From assembly GCA_039630575.1 (NCBI GenBank), contig JBCNUW010000002.1, positions 76,668 to 140,667 on the forward strand: DNA of 64,000 nt. The letters run 5' to 3'. The notes beneath the pieces are model-generated. The model saw only the letters and a program-made list of their open reading frames with translations. It searched no databases and had not been told where the DNA came from. This DNA comes from Candidatus Hydrothermales bacterium. GTDB lineage: Bacteria; Hydrothermota; Hydrothermia; Hydrothermales; JAJRUZ01. Positions 9,487-19,722 of this stretch are shown in pieces. The position numbers and the translations under genes are program-made. The stretch's first letter is position 1; every line of letters begins with the position of its first letter.

Positions 9487-9752
9487 TTACACAAATCCCT
9501 GTAATTCAATTTTTTCTTTTAATTTTTTCAATTCCTTAACAAATTTAGGATGTTTATGTTCAAATTCCTTAATCAATTTTTCAGCAAAAATTTTGAATTT
9601 TTCATCGGTTGTGCGAATTCTTGGAATGACTTTATTTACAAGTGCGTCGTCGATATTTCCACCATATTTTATATAAATTCAAGATAAATTTCCTTTATAT
9701 AAAAAATTAATTATTTTTAAAATTAAAATTTCTGTGGCTTCATTGGGTTTCA
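9487..9752 (-). pseudogene. Small ORF (about 88 codons) interrupted by an in-frame TGA at 9679-9681; pseudogene or recoded gene
   Basis: On the minus strand, MKPNEATEILILKIINFLYKGNLS-TGA-IYIKYGGNIDDALVNKVIPRIRTTDEKFKIFAEKLIKEFEHKHPKFVKELKKLKEKIELQGFV-TAA reads in a single frame. TGA is a genuine stop elsewhere in the window, for example at the tsaC/purM junction. Confidence 0.3.
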
Positions 9753-9916
9753 TCACCAGAGATTTCAATATAACCCTATGTTTGTTATTTTTATCTAAAA
9801 CCTTTTTAGACTTTTTACCATTTTGAAGATCTTTTGATTTGATTTTTAATAATTTTTAATTTTTAAATGAAAACATTAAATCGCTGAAAAAGAAAATTCA
9901 CCTCCCATAACTAATA

Positions 9917-11869
9917 TTATCTTAAAATTTCAATTTTCCTTTTATCTTTTTCCCCTTTATCACTATTTAATACTAAAAAATAAATTCCTGATTTTAAAAA
10001 TTTTGTATTCAATAAATATTTATAAATTCCTTTGTCAAAATCTCTTTCAAATATTTTCAAAACTTTTGAACCTTTTATATCAAAAATTTCAAGAGTTGCT
10101 TTTCTTTTTGACGGGATTGAAAAAGTAATTTCTGCTATTTGAGAAATTATATTAGGTGAAATTTGAAGAAATCCAAACTTTTTTGAAGAATTTGATATTA
10201 ATGAAAAATTTGGTGGCAATTTTTCTTCTACTTTAACAGGCTGAATGCTTATCGCATCTTCAAGGATGAATAAATATAAATCAAGGTCATTACCTGTTAT
10301 ACTTGCATCTTCATTAACATCAACCCATAAGGCAGCCCATAAATCATAGATTCCATAAGGGGCATTATTAGGGACAATAAATTTTCTTGCTCTTGTGCTT
10401 GCACCTATAGGTAAAGTTACAAGCAAGTCATCTGGTGGGTCATCTATAAAACCTACATTGGGATTATAAAGTGAGGCACCGAGTAAGATGTTCCCATGCA
10501 TTTTCTCACAATAAGAATAAATGATATAATAAATTATAAAAGTATCACCGGGTTCAACTTGGTTTTGTGAAACACTAATTGAATTTATTTTCATTGGACT
10601 TGCAATATGCATATTCCCCGGTTCATAATAGTGGTTTATAATCCATTTCCATAATCTTCCTTGATTATATGCCCATCTTCTTGAACCCCATTGACACATT
10701 CCCCTTCCATGCCCATAGCAACTTGTTCCTGCACAAACAGGGTCTTCTATACATGGCCAGGTTGTCCCTGTCCCACTATATCCATCACCACATCCACAAT
10801 TATTATTTTCTGCTGAATATTCTGAACGAGCGTAGTTAGAATTTTTCTCAAGTAAAATTCCATTTGTTATATAAGCAGCAAGTGTGCAACTTGCATAAAT
10901 ATCATTTCCATCCCATACTTGACAACAGGTATTATCACATATATCATAATTTGGACTATAAGGATTTATTACATAATAAGTTCCATAACTTCTATAAGGA
11001 ATTGCACCAGCTCTTAATGTGTGTTGTCCCCATGAGGCAATCCATTCATCATCAAGCCCACTTGATACATAATATTCAAGACTCATGACAACTACATTAT
11101 AACAGGTCCAGCAACTACAAGGTTTACCCACTCTTATTGTAGGCGGTGGATCCAAAACAGTTCTTAAAATATTCTCTTCTATTTTACCTTCAAACTCACC
11201 TCTAAATTCATCTTTAGAAGGTAGATTTTCACCTGTCCCTTTTCCTCTTATTTCAGGTATTATTTCCTCGCCTATCCCTTTTTTCATTCTTATTTTTAAT
11301 ATTAAATTTTCTGGAATTAAAAGGATTTCTCTTTTTAAAGTTTTATAACCTTTAAGATTCAAAATTATCGTATCCCTTGGAACATCTTCAGGAGAAAGGT
11401 ACTCCTTTTCATGTACTTCTACCCAAAATTCAAATATTCCTTTTTCATCTGTTAGAGTTTTTAAATTTTTTCCCTTGAATATAACCTCTACATTTTTTAA
11501 AGGATTACCTCTTTCATCCGATACATATCCGCGGATTCCTGTTAATCCTTCTATTTCAGGAGGGAAAATGTTTTCTTTATTCAAAGGGGAAAGATAAACT
11601 ATAACTTTTAAATTTTCTTTTGGAGTTATGTAGAAATAAGTTTCAAGAGGAAGGTAATTTTCTGAATTAAATTGGAAACTGTATTTTCCTTCTGGTAAAG
11701 AAAAAACATGTTCCCCTTCTGTTTTTATTTTTAGTTTTAAATTTCCGTTCTTTAAAACTTTTATCTCACAGGGTATTGAATAACCTGTATAAGCATCTTC
11801 TATTTTAAAATGTATTATTCCTTCTGGTTGTTTTATACCCAAAAAGATTAAAATTAAAGATATACCCAT
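9917..11869 (-). CDS. Secreted SpoIID/LytB-domain protein with N-terminal carboxypeptidase-regulatory-like domains and a T9SS C-terminal sorting domain
   Basis: Signal peptide. CYGHGRGMCQWGSRRWA matches the SpoIID/LytB GHGxGMSQxGA motif. C-terminus ...LEIFDIKGSKVLKIF...GIYFLVLNSDKGEKDKRKIEILR is a Por_Secre_tail-like domain. GGGGAGG RBS. Confidence 0.6.
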   Translation of the reverse strand: MGISLILIFLGIKQPEGIIHFKIEDAYTGYSIPCEIKVLKNGNLKLKIKTEGEHVFSLPEGKYSFQFNSENYLPLETYFYITPKENLKVIVYLSPLNKENIFPPEIEGLTGIRGYVSDERGNPLKNVEVIFKGKNLKTLTDEKGIFEFWVEVHEKEYLSPEDVPRDTIILNLKGYKTLKREILLIPENLILKIRMKKGIGEEIIPEIRGKGTGENLPSKDEFRGEFEGKIEENILRTVLDPPPTIRVGKPCSCWTCYNVVVMSLEYYVSSGLDDEWIASWGQHTLRAGAIPYRSYGTYYVINPYSPNYDICDNTCCQVWDGNDIYASCTLAAYITNGILLEKNSNYARSEYSAENNNCGCGDGYSGTGTTWPCIEDPVCAGTSCYGHGRGMCQWGSRRWAYNQGRLWKWIINHYYEPGNMHIASPMKINSISVSQNQVEPGDTFIIYYIIYSYCEKMHGNILLGASLYNPNVGFIDDPPDDLLVTLPIGASTRARKFIVPNNAPYGIYDLWAALWVDVNEDASITGNDLDLYLFILEDAISIQPVKVEEKLPPNFSLISNSSKKFGFLQISPNIISQIAEITFSIPSKRKATLEIFDIKGSKVLKIFERDFDKGIYKYLLNTKFLKSGIYFLVLNSDKGEKDKRKIEILR

Positions 11870-12147
11870 TTTAGCCTCCCCTTTAAAATTTTATTTTATA
11901 AGTTTTGTATTTTTCTTTTGCCTTTTCTTCTATATTTGGTTAAACTGTTAAAAAAAAATTTGGTTTTGTATTTGTTCCCCTTTCATAAAATTTTCTTTTC
12001 TTTCTAAACCTATAAACATTATCAACTGTCCTTTTAAGTCTTAAATCTTATAAAAAGTGATTTCTACTTCACTTTTTTAATTCATTTATTACTTAATTTT
12101 AATTATAACGGATATGATCAGACATTTTAAAATCCTATCTATCTTAA

Positions 12148-12647
12148 TATCTTTTTTTAACTGTATTATTTGCCCAAAAAATTTGTCCAAGATGTAATAA
12201 TAAAGAATACTCTAAAGAATTTCAATGGTGTCCAAAATGTGGAATAAAATTTGAACTTAAAACAATAGAAGCTGATATAAAAATAGAAGGTTCAAGAGTA
12301 ACAATAACTTCAATTCCTACAGGTGCTGCTGTTTATATAAATAAGACATATAAAGCAAAAACACCTATTACAATAACACTTCCAAAAGGCAAACATACAG
12401 TAAAACTTACCCAAGTTATAAGAGCTTTAAAAGAAATTTTAATTAAAATATCACAAAAATGGAAAAAAACCTTCGGAGTAGTAATTCAGATGAAGGTTTT
12501 TCAATCATTCAGACAGAAGATGGTGGATACGCAATAACAGGAGAAACAGAATCTTTTGGTGCTGATTATAGTGATGTATGGGTTATAAAGTTAAAAAGAA
12601 ACTATTTATTTCTTTATTATAAACAAACAATCTTGCCACAATTGTAG
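12148..12647 (+). pseudogene. Decayed gene remnant: zinc ribbon + PEGA domain + DGGY-type repeat, no start codon, frameshifted
   Basis: The frame from 12148 has no ATG/GTG/TTG start: ...ICPRCNNKEYSKEFQWCPKCG...RVTITSIPTGAAVYINKTYKAKTPITITLPKGKHTVKL (PEGA-like). The reading continues in another frame from 12459 ([39 protein letters not shown]). The break is at an A7 homopolymer near 12465-12471. Confidence 0.4.
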
Positions 12648-12907
12648 TAATTTTTATCTCAAGTTTTTAAAATCTATCCTCATCAATTTCATTTTCTTCA
12701 AACCCTTTTTACTTTTTTTATTTCTTTGCTCATCAAACTTTCAATTTGCTTTCAAATAAATAAGTTTTTCTTCAATTTTTTTATCTACCATCTTTTCCCT
12801 CATTTCCTGATCTTAAGCTCTTTAGTAAGTGATTTTTAAATAATTCCCCGAATCCTTAACTTGATTAGTTTTGCTATGTCTTTATTTACTCTTTTATACT
12901 TAATTAA

Positions 12908-14164
12908 ATGTACAATTTAATTTTTTTCCTTTTTATTCCTTTTGAAAAATCAACTGTAAAAGTTCATCTCTCGAAAAACTATATCCTTTATAACCTTTAC
13001 TTTGTAAGAGAAAATGAATTTGAAATCTATAAACCATTTTATTTTAACCTAAAGGAGTTTTTGTATTTTAAAAAATTCAAGAATAGAATAACTCCCTATT
13101 ATATTAGATACGATTGGGATATAGGAATATACAAAAACTTTCCAAAATACTCTGTTAAGTTCTTTTTTAACCATGTTTGTAATCATGGACTTGACAATGA
13201 AGGAAAGGACAGAAGACAGTGGAATCAAATTGGATTTAAGTTGTCTTTTAAAAAAGAAAAATTTTATCTTTCTAATTCAATCGGTTATGTAACTTCACCT
13301 TTCGGACCAAAAAGAATTCACAACAATTATTACTGGATTTTTTCACATATTCTTGCTTATAAAAAGGATTATAAAAAACTTTCAATCATTTTTAAACTTG
13401 ATCTTACTGGATTCTATACATTAAAATCTTTGGTATATGAAAAAAACATTAAAATTTATCTTCAAAAAAACGAATTTTATTTTGGAGCCAACAAAGAAGT
13501 TAAATATGGTCTTTTAGGAAAAAACGATGAAAAATTTGTTTTTCAAAATATTTTTTGGGGCATATTTAAAAATATTGATAACCTTCACTTTCTGTACGGC
13601 TATTTTTTAAAAAACATAAAACATAGTTTTTTTTCAAAAACCCTTGTAAAATATAAAATTTTTAAAAATATAAAAATCTTACTTGACATAGAAACAGTTA
13701 GTTTCCCCAAAATGCAAAGACCAAGATTTGACGACTTTAAAATAGGCAATGAAATTGAATTAAAAAATTTAAAAATTACCCTTTATCACAGAGAAAGAAG
13801 GGATGACAATTTATTTGACGGTAAAACAGAAAAATATAAAAAACTTAAAATAAACTTTTTAAATCTATCTTTTGGATTTTCATTCGATAGAAAACACTAC
13901 CCTTTTTACCTATATACTAACTTATTCTTTGAAAAAAATCTCTACAAAAATAAAATATTCACTATCAAAAATATATCTTACATAACTTTTTTGATAGGAA
14001 AAAAAGAAAAAGGCTTTATTTTTGAAAATGGACCCTCTATTTCTATAGTTAAAAATAAAATACTCGGACTTTCATTTCTAATTAGAATAAGCACAGAAAA
14101 CGTTTTCTATAGCTACAGCTTCTTGGAAAAAAGAATATTTATATTCACTAATATTTTCAATTAA
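12908..14164 (+). CDS. Hypothetical K/F/Y/N-rich protein, possibly an outer-membrane beta-barrel
   Basis: 418 aa with alternating aromatic/hydrophilic stretches and no recognisable catalytic motif. 55 nt upstream of the large activase gene on the same strand. Confidence 0.35.
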   Translation: MYNLIFFLFIPFEKSTVKVHLSKNYILYNLYFVRENEFEIYKPFYFNLKEFLYFKKFKNRITPYYIRYDWDIGIYKNFPKYSVKFFFNHVCNHGLDNEGKDRRQWNQIGFKLSFKKEKFYLSNSIGYVTSPFGPKRIHNNYYWIFSHILAYKKDYKKLSIIFKLDLTGFYTLKSLVYEKNIKIYLQKNEFYFGANKEVKYGLLGKNDEKFVFQNIFWGIFKNIDNLHFLYGYFLKNIKHSFFSKTLVKYKIFKNIKILLDIETVSFPKMQRPRFDDFKIGNEIELKNLKITLYHRERRDDNLFDGKTEKYKKLKINFLNLSFGFSFDRKHYPFYLYTNLFFEKNLYKNKIFTIKNISYITFLIGKKEKGFIFENGPSISIVKNKILGLSFLIRISTENVFYSYSFLEKRIFIFTNIFN

Positions 14165-14219
14165 AATTAAATCACAAATTTGAAAAAAAGAAAAAAAATT
14201 TTTTAAAATACAAAACAAC

Positions 14220-17200
14220 ATGAGAAAAATTGGAATTGACATAGGCAATCTATACCTAAAAGCAGTAAAAGTTGAAGATAATAAAATAAAAGAAAAATTA
14301 ATGATTTTCCATAAAAAAGAGGTAATTCCCATTCTAAAGGAATTTCTAAAAGACAAAGATTTTTGTATAGGATTTACAGGCTCTTTTATAAAAGAATATC
14401 CTCCAGATTTCCCATACTTTGAGGAAGTGAAATCGCTTATCTTCTCAGTCAAAAAACTTTACCCTTTTGTAAAGTATATTTTTGATATAGGAGCAAATTC
14501 ATCAAAAATTATAGAAATTGATGAAAATGGAAATTTAAAAAATATTTACAAAAACTATCTATGTGCTGCAGGAACAGGAACATTCTTTGACCAGCAGATA
14601 AAAAGACTTTCCCTATCGTATGAAGAAATTGAAAATTGGAATATTCCTATAAATAACATTCCCCCAATAGCTTCAAGATGCACAGTCTTTGCAAAAACAG
14701 ATTTAATTAATAGACAACAGGAAGGATATTCAAAAAAAGAAATATGGGCAGGCCTATGCAAAAGTCTAAGTAAAGGAATTTTAAATTCTCTCTTAAAAGG
14801 GAAAAAGATAGACGGTAAATTAATACTTGCAGGCGGTTTATCAAAAAACAAATTTTTTGTTAACTATTTAAAAGAAGAGTTAAAAGATTTTTTGATAGAA
14901 AGTGAACTATCTCCTTTTCTCGGTGCAATAGGCGCAGCTTTTTTATCAGATATAAAATTTAACAAAGACTTTATTTTCCATTTAGAAAATTCCTTAAAAG
15001 AAAAAAAACATAAAAAAATAAGTAGAGCCCCTCAACTTACGCTTTTGAAAAGTAAACACATAGAAAAAAAAGATTTTCACGAAGAAGAAATTGACGGTGT
15101 TGAAGTAAGAATTTACAACATAAAAGAAAACCAGGAGTTAAACGTTTATTTTGGTATAGATATAGGATCTACAAGTACAAAATGCGTTTTAATGGATGAA
15201 AACTACACAATTCTTATTGATCTTTACACAAGAACAAAGGGCGAACCTATCAAAGCTACAAAAAAAATTCTTGAAACAATACTAAAAATTAAAGAAAAAT
15301 TCAATTTAAAAATAAACATCATCGGCTGCGGAACAACAGGCTCTGGCAGAAAAATTGTAGGTGAGTTCATTGGTGCCGATATAATTGTAAATGAAATCAC
15401 AGCCCATGCAAAAGGCGCTTTAAAAGTTCACAAAGATGCAGAAGTCATATTTGAAATAGGTGGCCAAGATTCAAAATATATAAGACTTAAAAATGGGAAA
15501 GTATATGAATGCAACATGAATTACATCTGCTCAGCAGGAACTGGCTCATTTATCGAAGAAGAGGCAAACAAATTGGGATTTAATATAAAAGAACTGGGAG
15601 ATCTGCTAAAAGATATTTCTCCACCCCAAATCGGTGAAAGATGCACAGTATTCATGGATCAAGACATTGAAAAACTTCTTTCTTTAGGTTTTACAAAAGA
15701 AGAGGTTATGGGTGCCTGTATATATTCAATTGCCCATAATTATTTAAATAAGGTTGTTGGAAAGAAATATATTCCAAAAGGAAAGATAATCTTTCAAGGA
15801 GCAACTGCAAGAAATAAAGCCCTTGTTGCCGCCTTTGAAAAAATATGCGACAGAGAAATTGTTGTCTCCCCATACTCTCATATTATGGGTGCCTATGGAA
15901 CCGCTATAATCTTAAAGGAAAATTTAAAAGACAAAACAAAATTTAAAGGATTTGAAATAAAAGATGAAGAAGAAAAAATCTGGTATGAAAATTGTATTCT
16001 TTGTGAGAATAAATGTAAAATAACCTATTTAAAAAGTAAAGACAAAGTTGTTTCTTTCGGCTATCAATGTGGAAGAGAACCCGATGATAATAAAAAGAGA
16101 GAAAGAGAAGAAATCTCCCTTTTTAATTTTTATAAAAACGAAGCTTTTAAACTCTCCCAATCCAAAAACAATTTAAAAATATATATTCCAAGAATTTTAT
16201 CCTCCTACTCCTTATTTCCACTTTACAAAACATTTCTTGAAAATCTCGGATATAAAGTTTTAGTCTCTAAACACCCAGATAGAGAAAGTATTGAAAAGGG
16301 AAAAGAATTATCTTCTTCTGAATTCTGTTTACCTGTAAAAGTTTCTTTTGGACTTATATCAGAAATTCTTGATAAAGATGCTTTAATATTTTTACCTTGG
16401 ATAATAAACTATCCTTCAAAAGATAAAGGTTATAATTATTTTTGTCCCTATGTGGAATCAGGTGCGGGTTATATTTTTTCAACTTTTAAATCAAAAGGTA
16501 TAAAGGAAGAAAAATTTTTAACACCTGTATTTGATTTTCTTTTCCCGGGAAATTTATACAAGTATTTTGAAAAGTTGGGTATTAATAAAAATAAAGTAAA
16601 AAAGGCTTTAAAAGAAGGAATTAAAGCTCAAAAAATATTTGAAGAAAAAATTAAAAGGGAAAAAGAAAAAATTTTACAAGAGATTAGAGATAAAAATAAA
16701 AAATTTATTGTTCTTTTTGGTAGACCTTATATAATATTCTGTGATAGTTTAAACCTTTTAATACCTTTAAAGTTTGCAAATATGGGCCTAAAAGTTATCC
16801 CTTGGAATTTTCTTGCAGGAGAAGAAAGTGAAATTCCAATAAAGAATATGTACTGGTATTATGGAAAAAGAGTAATTGAAGTTGCAGAATTCATAAAGGA
16901 TAAAGAAAATCTTTTCCCTGTTTATCTTTCCTGTTTTTCCTGTGGACCTGACTCTTTTTTACTTTCTTATCTTGAAGAAATTTTTAAAGATAAACCCTTT
17001 TTAATTCTTGAACTTGATGAGCACGGAGGAGAAGCAGTATTTCAAACAAGACTTGAAGCCTTTTACGATGTGATAAAAGATTATAAACAGGATAAAAAAA
17101 TCTTTCATATTTCAAAAGAACTTGAGAGAAAAGATATATATTCAAGAACAATATGGATTCCATCTATGCACCCAGAAGGTGCACGTCTATTTGCTGCAAG

Positions 17201-18287
17201 CTTTAGGAGGTTTGGACTTAAGGCAAAGGCGCTTCCCTTATCTGATGAAGAACATCTAAATACCGGAAAGAAGTTCTTAAGAGGTTCTGAATGCCTCCCA
17301 TGTGCACTTACTCTTGGAACATTTATTTATGAAATCAAAAAAGAAGAAAATGATAAACACACACTTTTTATGCCAACTTCAAGTGGTCCATGCAGGTTTG
17401 GTCAGTATGCAAATCTTCATAAAATTATATTTGAAAGAGAAAAAATGGATGTAGAAATACTTTCACCAAATTCCTACAATGCCTATGAAGGTTTACCAAA
17501 AGAATTAAGAAAATTTTTGTGGACCACAATACTAATATTTGATTCACTTTTAAAAGCAAGAAATAGAGTAAGACCTTATGAGAAAAATAAAGGAGAAACA
17601 GATAGAATTTATTTTGATTCAATAAACAGGATGGAAGAGATAATTGAAAGTGGAGAAGATCCTTATTTATGTTTAGAAGAATGTTTTAATAATTTTTCAA
17701 AAATAGAAAGAGAAAATGTTAAAAAGCCCCTTGTAGGTATAGTTGGTGAAATATATGTAAGGTTAGATCCCTTTTCAAATGATGATGTTATTCAATCTGT
17801 TGAAAAATGCTCCTGTGAAGCCTGGCTTTCACCGGTTTCAGAGTGGATATGGTATACTGATTTTACAGCAAGATGGAGAGCAAAAAATAAAAGAAATTTG
17901 AAAGAATATTTGATAACACTCTTAAAGAATAGATTTTTTAGAGAAATTGAAGAAAAAATTTATGAAATAACAAAAGATGTGATAGGAGATAGAAAAGAGC
18001 CTGAAATTGACGAAATTATGAAAAAAGTAGAAGAATTTATTCCTTATAATTTTGGAACTGAAGCACCTTTAACTATTGGAAGAGCGATTATTTTTAAAGA
18101 GCAAGGAGCAAAAGCAGTTATAAATGTCTCTCCTTTCACTTGTATGCCTGGAAATATTTCTCAAGCCTTTTCTCATTTTATTTCCTCTAAAATAAATATT
18201 CCGTTTATAAACATTTTCTATGATGGACAAAAAGGGAGTAACGAAGACCTTGAAATATTTTTAAGAAATCTTGTTACATCTGAATAA
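14220..18287 (+). CDS. Double BadF/BadG/BcrA/BcrD-type (ASKHA) CoA-enzyme activase fused to a 2-hydroxyacyl-CoA dehydratase-like C-terminal domain (1355 aa)
   Basis: Two activase modules: GIDIGNLYLKAV...CAAGTGTFFDQQ, and GIDIGSTSTKCVL...CSAGTGSFIEEE with GGQDSKYI. The long C-terminal region is the fused dehydratase-like domain, assigned from the architecture of known activase-dehydratase fusion proteins. Confidence 0.7.
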   Translation: MRKIGIDIGNLYLKAVKVEDNKIKEKLMIFHKKEVIPILKEFLKDKDFCIGFTGSFIKEYPPDFPYFEEVKSLIFSVKKLYPFVKYIFDIGANSSKIIEIDENGNLKNIYKNYLCAAGTGTFFDQQIKRLSLSYEEIENWNIPINNIPPIASRCTVFAKTDLINRQQEGYSKKEIWAGLCKSLSKGILNSLLKGKKIDGKLILAGGLSKNKFFVNYLKEELKDFLIESELSPFLGAIGAAFLSDIKFNKDFIFHLENSLKEKKHKKISRAPQLTLLKSKHIEKKDFHEEEIDGVEVRIYNIKENQELNVYFGIDIGSTSTKCVLMDENYTILIDLYTRTKGEPIKATKKILETILKIKEKFNLKINIIGCGTTGSGRKIVGEFIGADIIVNEITAHAKGALKVHKDAEVIFEIGGQDSKYIRLKNGKVYECNMNYICSAGTGSFIEEEANKLGFNIKELGDLLKDISPPQIGERCTVFMDQDIEKLLSLGFTKEEVMGACIYSIAHNYLNKVVGKKYIPKGKIIFQGATARNKALVAAFEKICDREIVVSPYSHIMGAYGTAIILKENLKDKTKFKGFEIKDEEEKIWYENCILCENKCKITYLKSKDKVVSFGYQCGREPDDNKKREREEISLFNFYKNEAFKLSQSKNNLKIYIPRILSSYSLFPLYKTFLENLGYKVLVSKHPDRESIEKGKELSSSEFCLPVKVSFGLISEILDKDALIFLPWIINYPSKDKGYNYFCPYVESGAGYIFSTFKSKGIKEEKFLTPVFDFLFPGNLYKYFEKLGINKNKVKKALKEGIKAQKIFEEKIKREKEKILQEIRDKNKKFIVLFGRPYIIFCDSLNLLIPLKFANMGLKVIPWNFLAGEESEIPIKNMYWYYGKRVIEVAEFIKDKENLFPVYLSCFSCGPDSFLLSYLEEIFKDKPFLILELDEHGGEAVFQTRLEAFYDVIKDYKQDKKIFHISKELERKDIYSRTIWIPSMHPEGARLFAASFRRFGLKAKALPLSDEEHLNTGKKFLRGSECLPCALTLGTFIYEIKKEENDKHTLFMPTSSGPCRFGQYANLHKIIFEREKMDVEILSPNSYNAYEGLPKELRKFLWTTILIFDSLLKARNRVRPYEKNKGETDRIYFDSINRMEEIIESGEDPYLCLEECFNNFSKIERENVKKPLVGIVGEIYVRLDPFSNDDVIQSVEKCSCEAWLSPVSEWIWYTDFTARWRAKNKRNLKEYLITLLKNRFFREIEEKIYEITKDVIGDRKEPEIDEIMKKVEEFIPYNFGTEAPLTIGRAIIFKEQGAKAVINVSPFTCMPGNISQAFSHFISSKINIPFINIFYDGQKGSNEDLEIFLRNLVTSE

Positions 18288-19290
18288 GTTCTTTATTATA
18301 AGCAAATATACTGAAGATTCCACCAGTATGTAAAAATAAAATTTTTTTAAACTCTTTTGACTCATTCAGCATACCATAAAAAGCTTTACCTGTGTAAACA
18401 GGATCTAAGATTATTCCGTAATTTTCTGAAATTTTCTTAATCAATTCAATTTCTTCTTTATAAGGAATTCCGTATCCTTCACCTATATATCCATCTACAA
18501 GTTCAATATCTGAAGGGGATATCTCTATTGGTAAATTGTATTTTTTAATTGCCTTTTCACATATATCTTCAATTTTTCCTTTAAAGAATTTAATAGAATC
18601 ACAAACAATGATACCAACAAGCCTTATATCTAAATTAAGTAGTTTCTTGCCAATTAAAAGACCTGCATAAGTTCCACCTGATCCAACTGCTAAATATATG
18701 GCTTCGATTTTTTCTTTTTTAATAAATTCTTTCATTTCATCCATACATTCAACATATCCAAGGCATCCAACTTCATTTGAGGCTCCTTCAGGAATTATGT
18801 AAGGTTTTTTATCTTTCTTTTTTAAATCTTCTGCAACTTCTTCAAGTATTTCATTTATCCTTTCTTTATATTCATTGTAACTTACATACTTTATTTTTGC
18901 TCCAAAAAGGTAATCAAGAAGTAAGTTCCCTTGATATTCCGTAGGTTCTCCTCTTAAAACAAGATGAACCTCAAAACCTTCTCTTTTACCTGCATAAGCA
19001 GTAGCTCTACAGTGGTTTGACTGCAATCCACCACAGGTAATTAAAGTATCACATTCTTTTTCTTTAGCATCAAATATAGCATATTCAAGTTTTCTTATTT
19101 TATTTCCAGAAGTTATAAGTCCTGTATAGTCATCTCTTTTAATATACACTTTAGCATTATTCCATAGATTTTCTAACAATTCTATCTTTGTAGGTTTCCA
19201 TGCAAGATTTATTTTTCGTTTTTTTAATTTTTCAAAAATCTTTTTCATGGTAATATTATAATCAAAATGTTTTAATTTTTTAAATTTCAA
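18274..19290 (-). CDS. dcyD: PLP-dependent D-cysteine desulfhydrase / ACC deaminase family protein
   Basis: YIKRDDYTGLITSGNKIRKLEY...GGLQSNHCRATAYAGKREG is typical of the ACC deaminase/DcyD fold-type II family. Convergent with the activase gene and overlaps it by 14 nt. Confidence 0.75.
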   Translation of the reverse strand: MKFKKLKHFDYNITMKKIFEKLKKRKINLAWKPTKIELLENLWNNAKVYIKRDDYTGLITSGNKIRKLEYAIFDAKEKECDTLITCGGLQSNHCRATAYAGKREGFEVHLVLRGEPTEYQGNLLLDYLFGAKIKYVSYNEYKERINEILEEVAEDLKKKDKKPYIIPEGASNEVGCLGYVECMDEMKEFIKKEKIEAIYLAVGSGGTYAGLLIGKKLLNLDIRLVGIIVCDSIKFFKGKIEDICEKAIKKYNLPIEISPSDIELVDGYIGEGYGIPYKEEIELIKKISENYGIILDPVYTGKAFYGMLNESKEFKKILFLHTGGIFSIFAYNKELIQM

Positions 19291-19722
19291 TCATGTTAGT
19301 TTCTAAATCAAAAAATTTGAAATGGAGAAAGGCTTTTAGTTTTTTAAATTGTTAGATTCTAAAACAAAAATAATAAAAAACACTTCTCCACCTCTAAAAG
19401 TTAAAAAACTTTTCTTAAACTTATGTAAGCTTTTCTATTATACAAATTTAAATCTTTTAATCAAAATTATCTTTAAAAAAGTGTCTGAAAAAACTTTCAA
19501 TTTTTAAAATTATTACTATACAATAAAATTTCTAAAAAATAAATTTAAAAATATGAAAATTAATTTTTGTTTTTGAATATAGCAAAACTCTAAAGAATTA
19601 GTTTGAAAAAATTTATGGTTAAAATTTAAAATTTTTATATATTAAAAACCATGATTCCTAATTGTGAATAAAGAGTAAGCAAATATGATAATTTTAAGCT
19701 TATTCTTGTTGAGAGAAAGAAT

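Noticed and set aside
12459-12647. 62-aa ORF 12459..12647 as an independent gene
   Set aside because: It is the out-of-frame continuation of the upstream zinc-ribbon/PEGA reading frame and so part of a frameshifted remnant. Its Met is internal.
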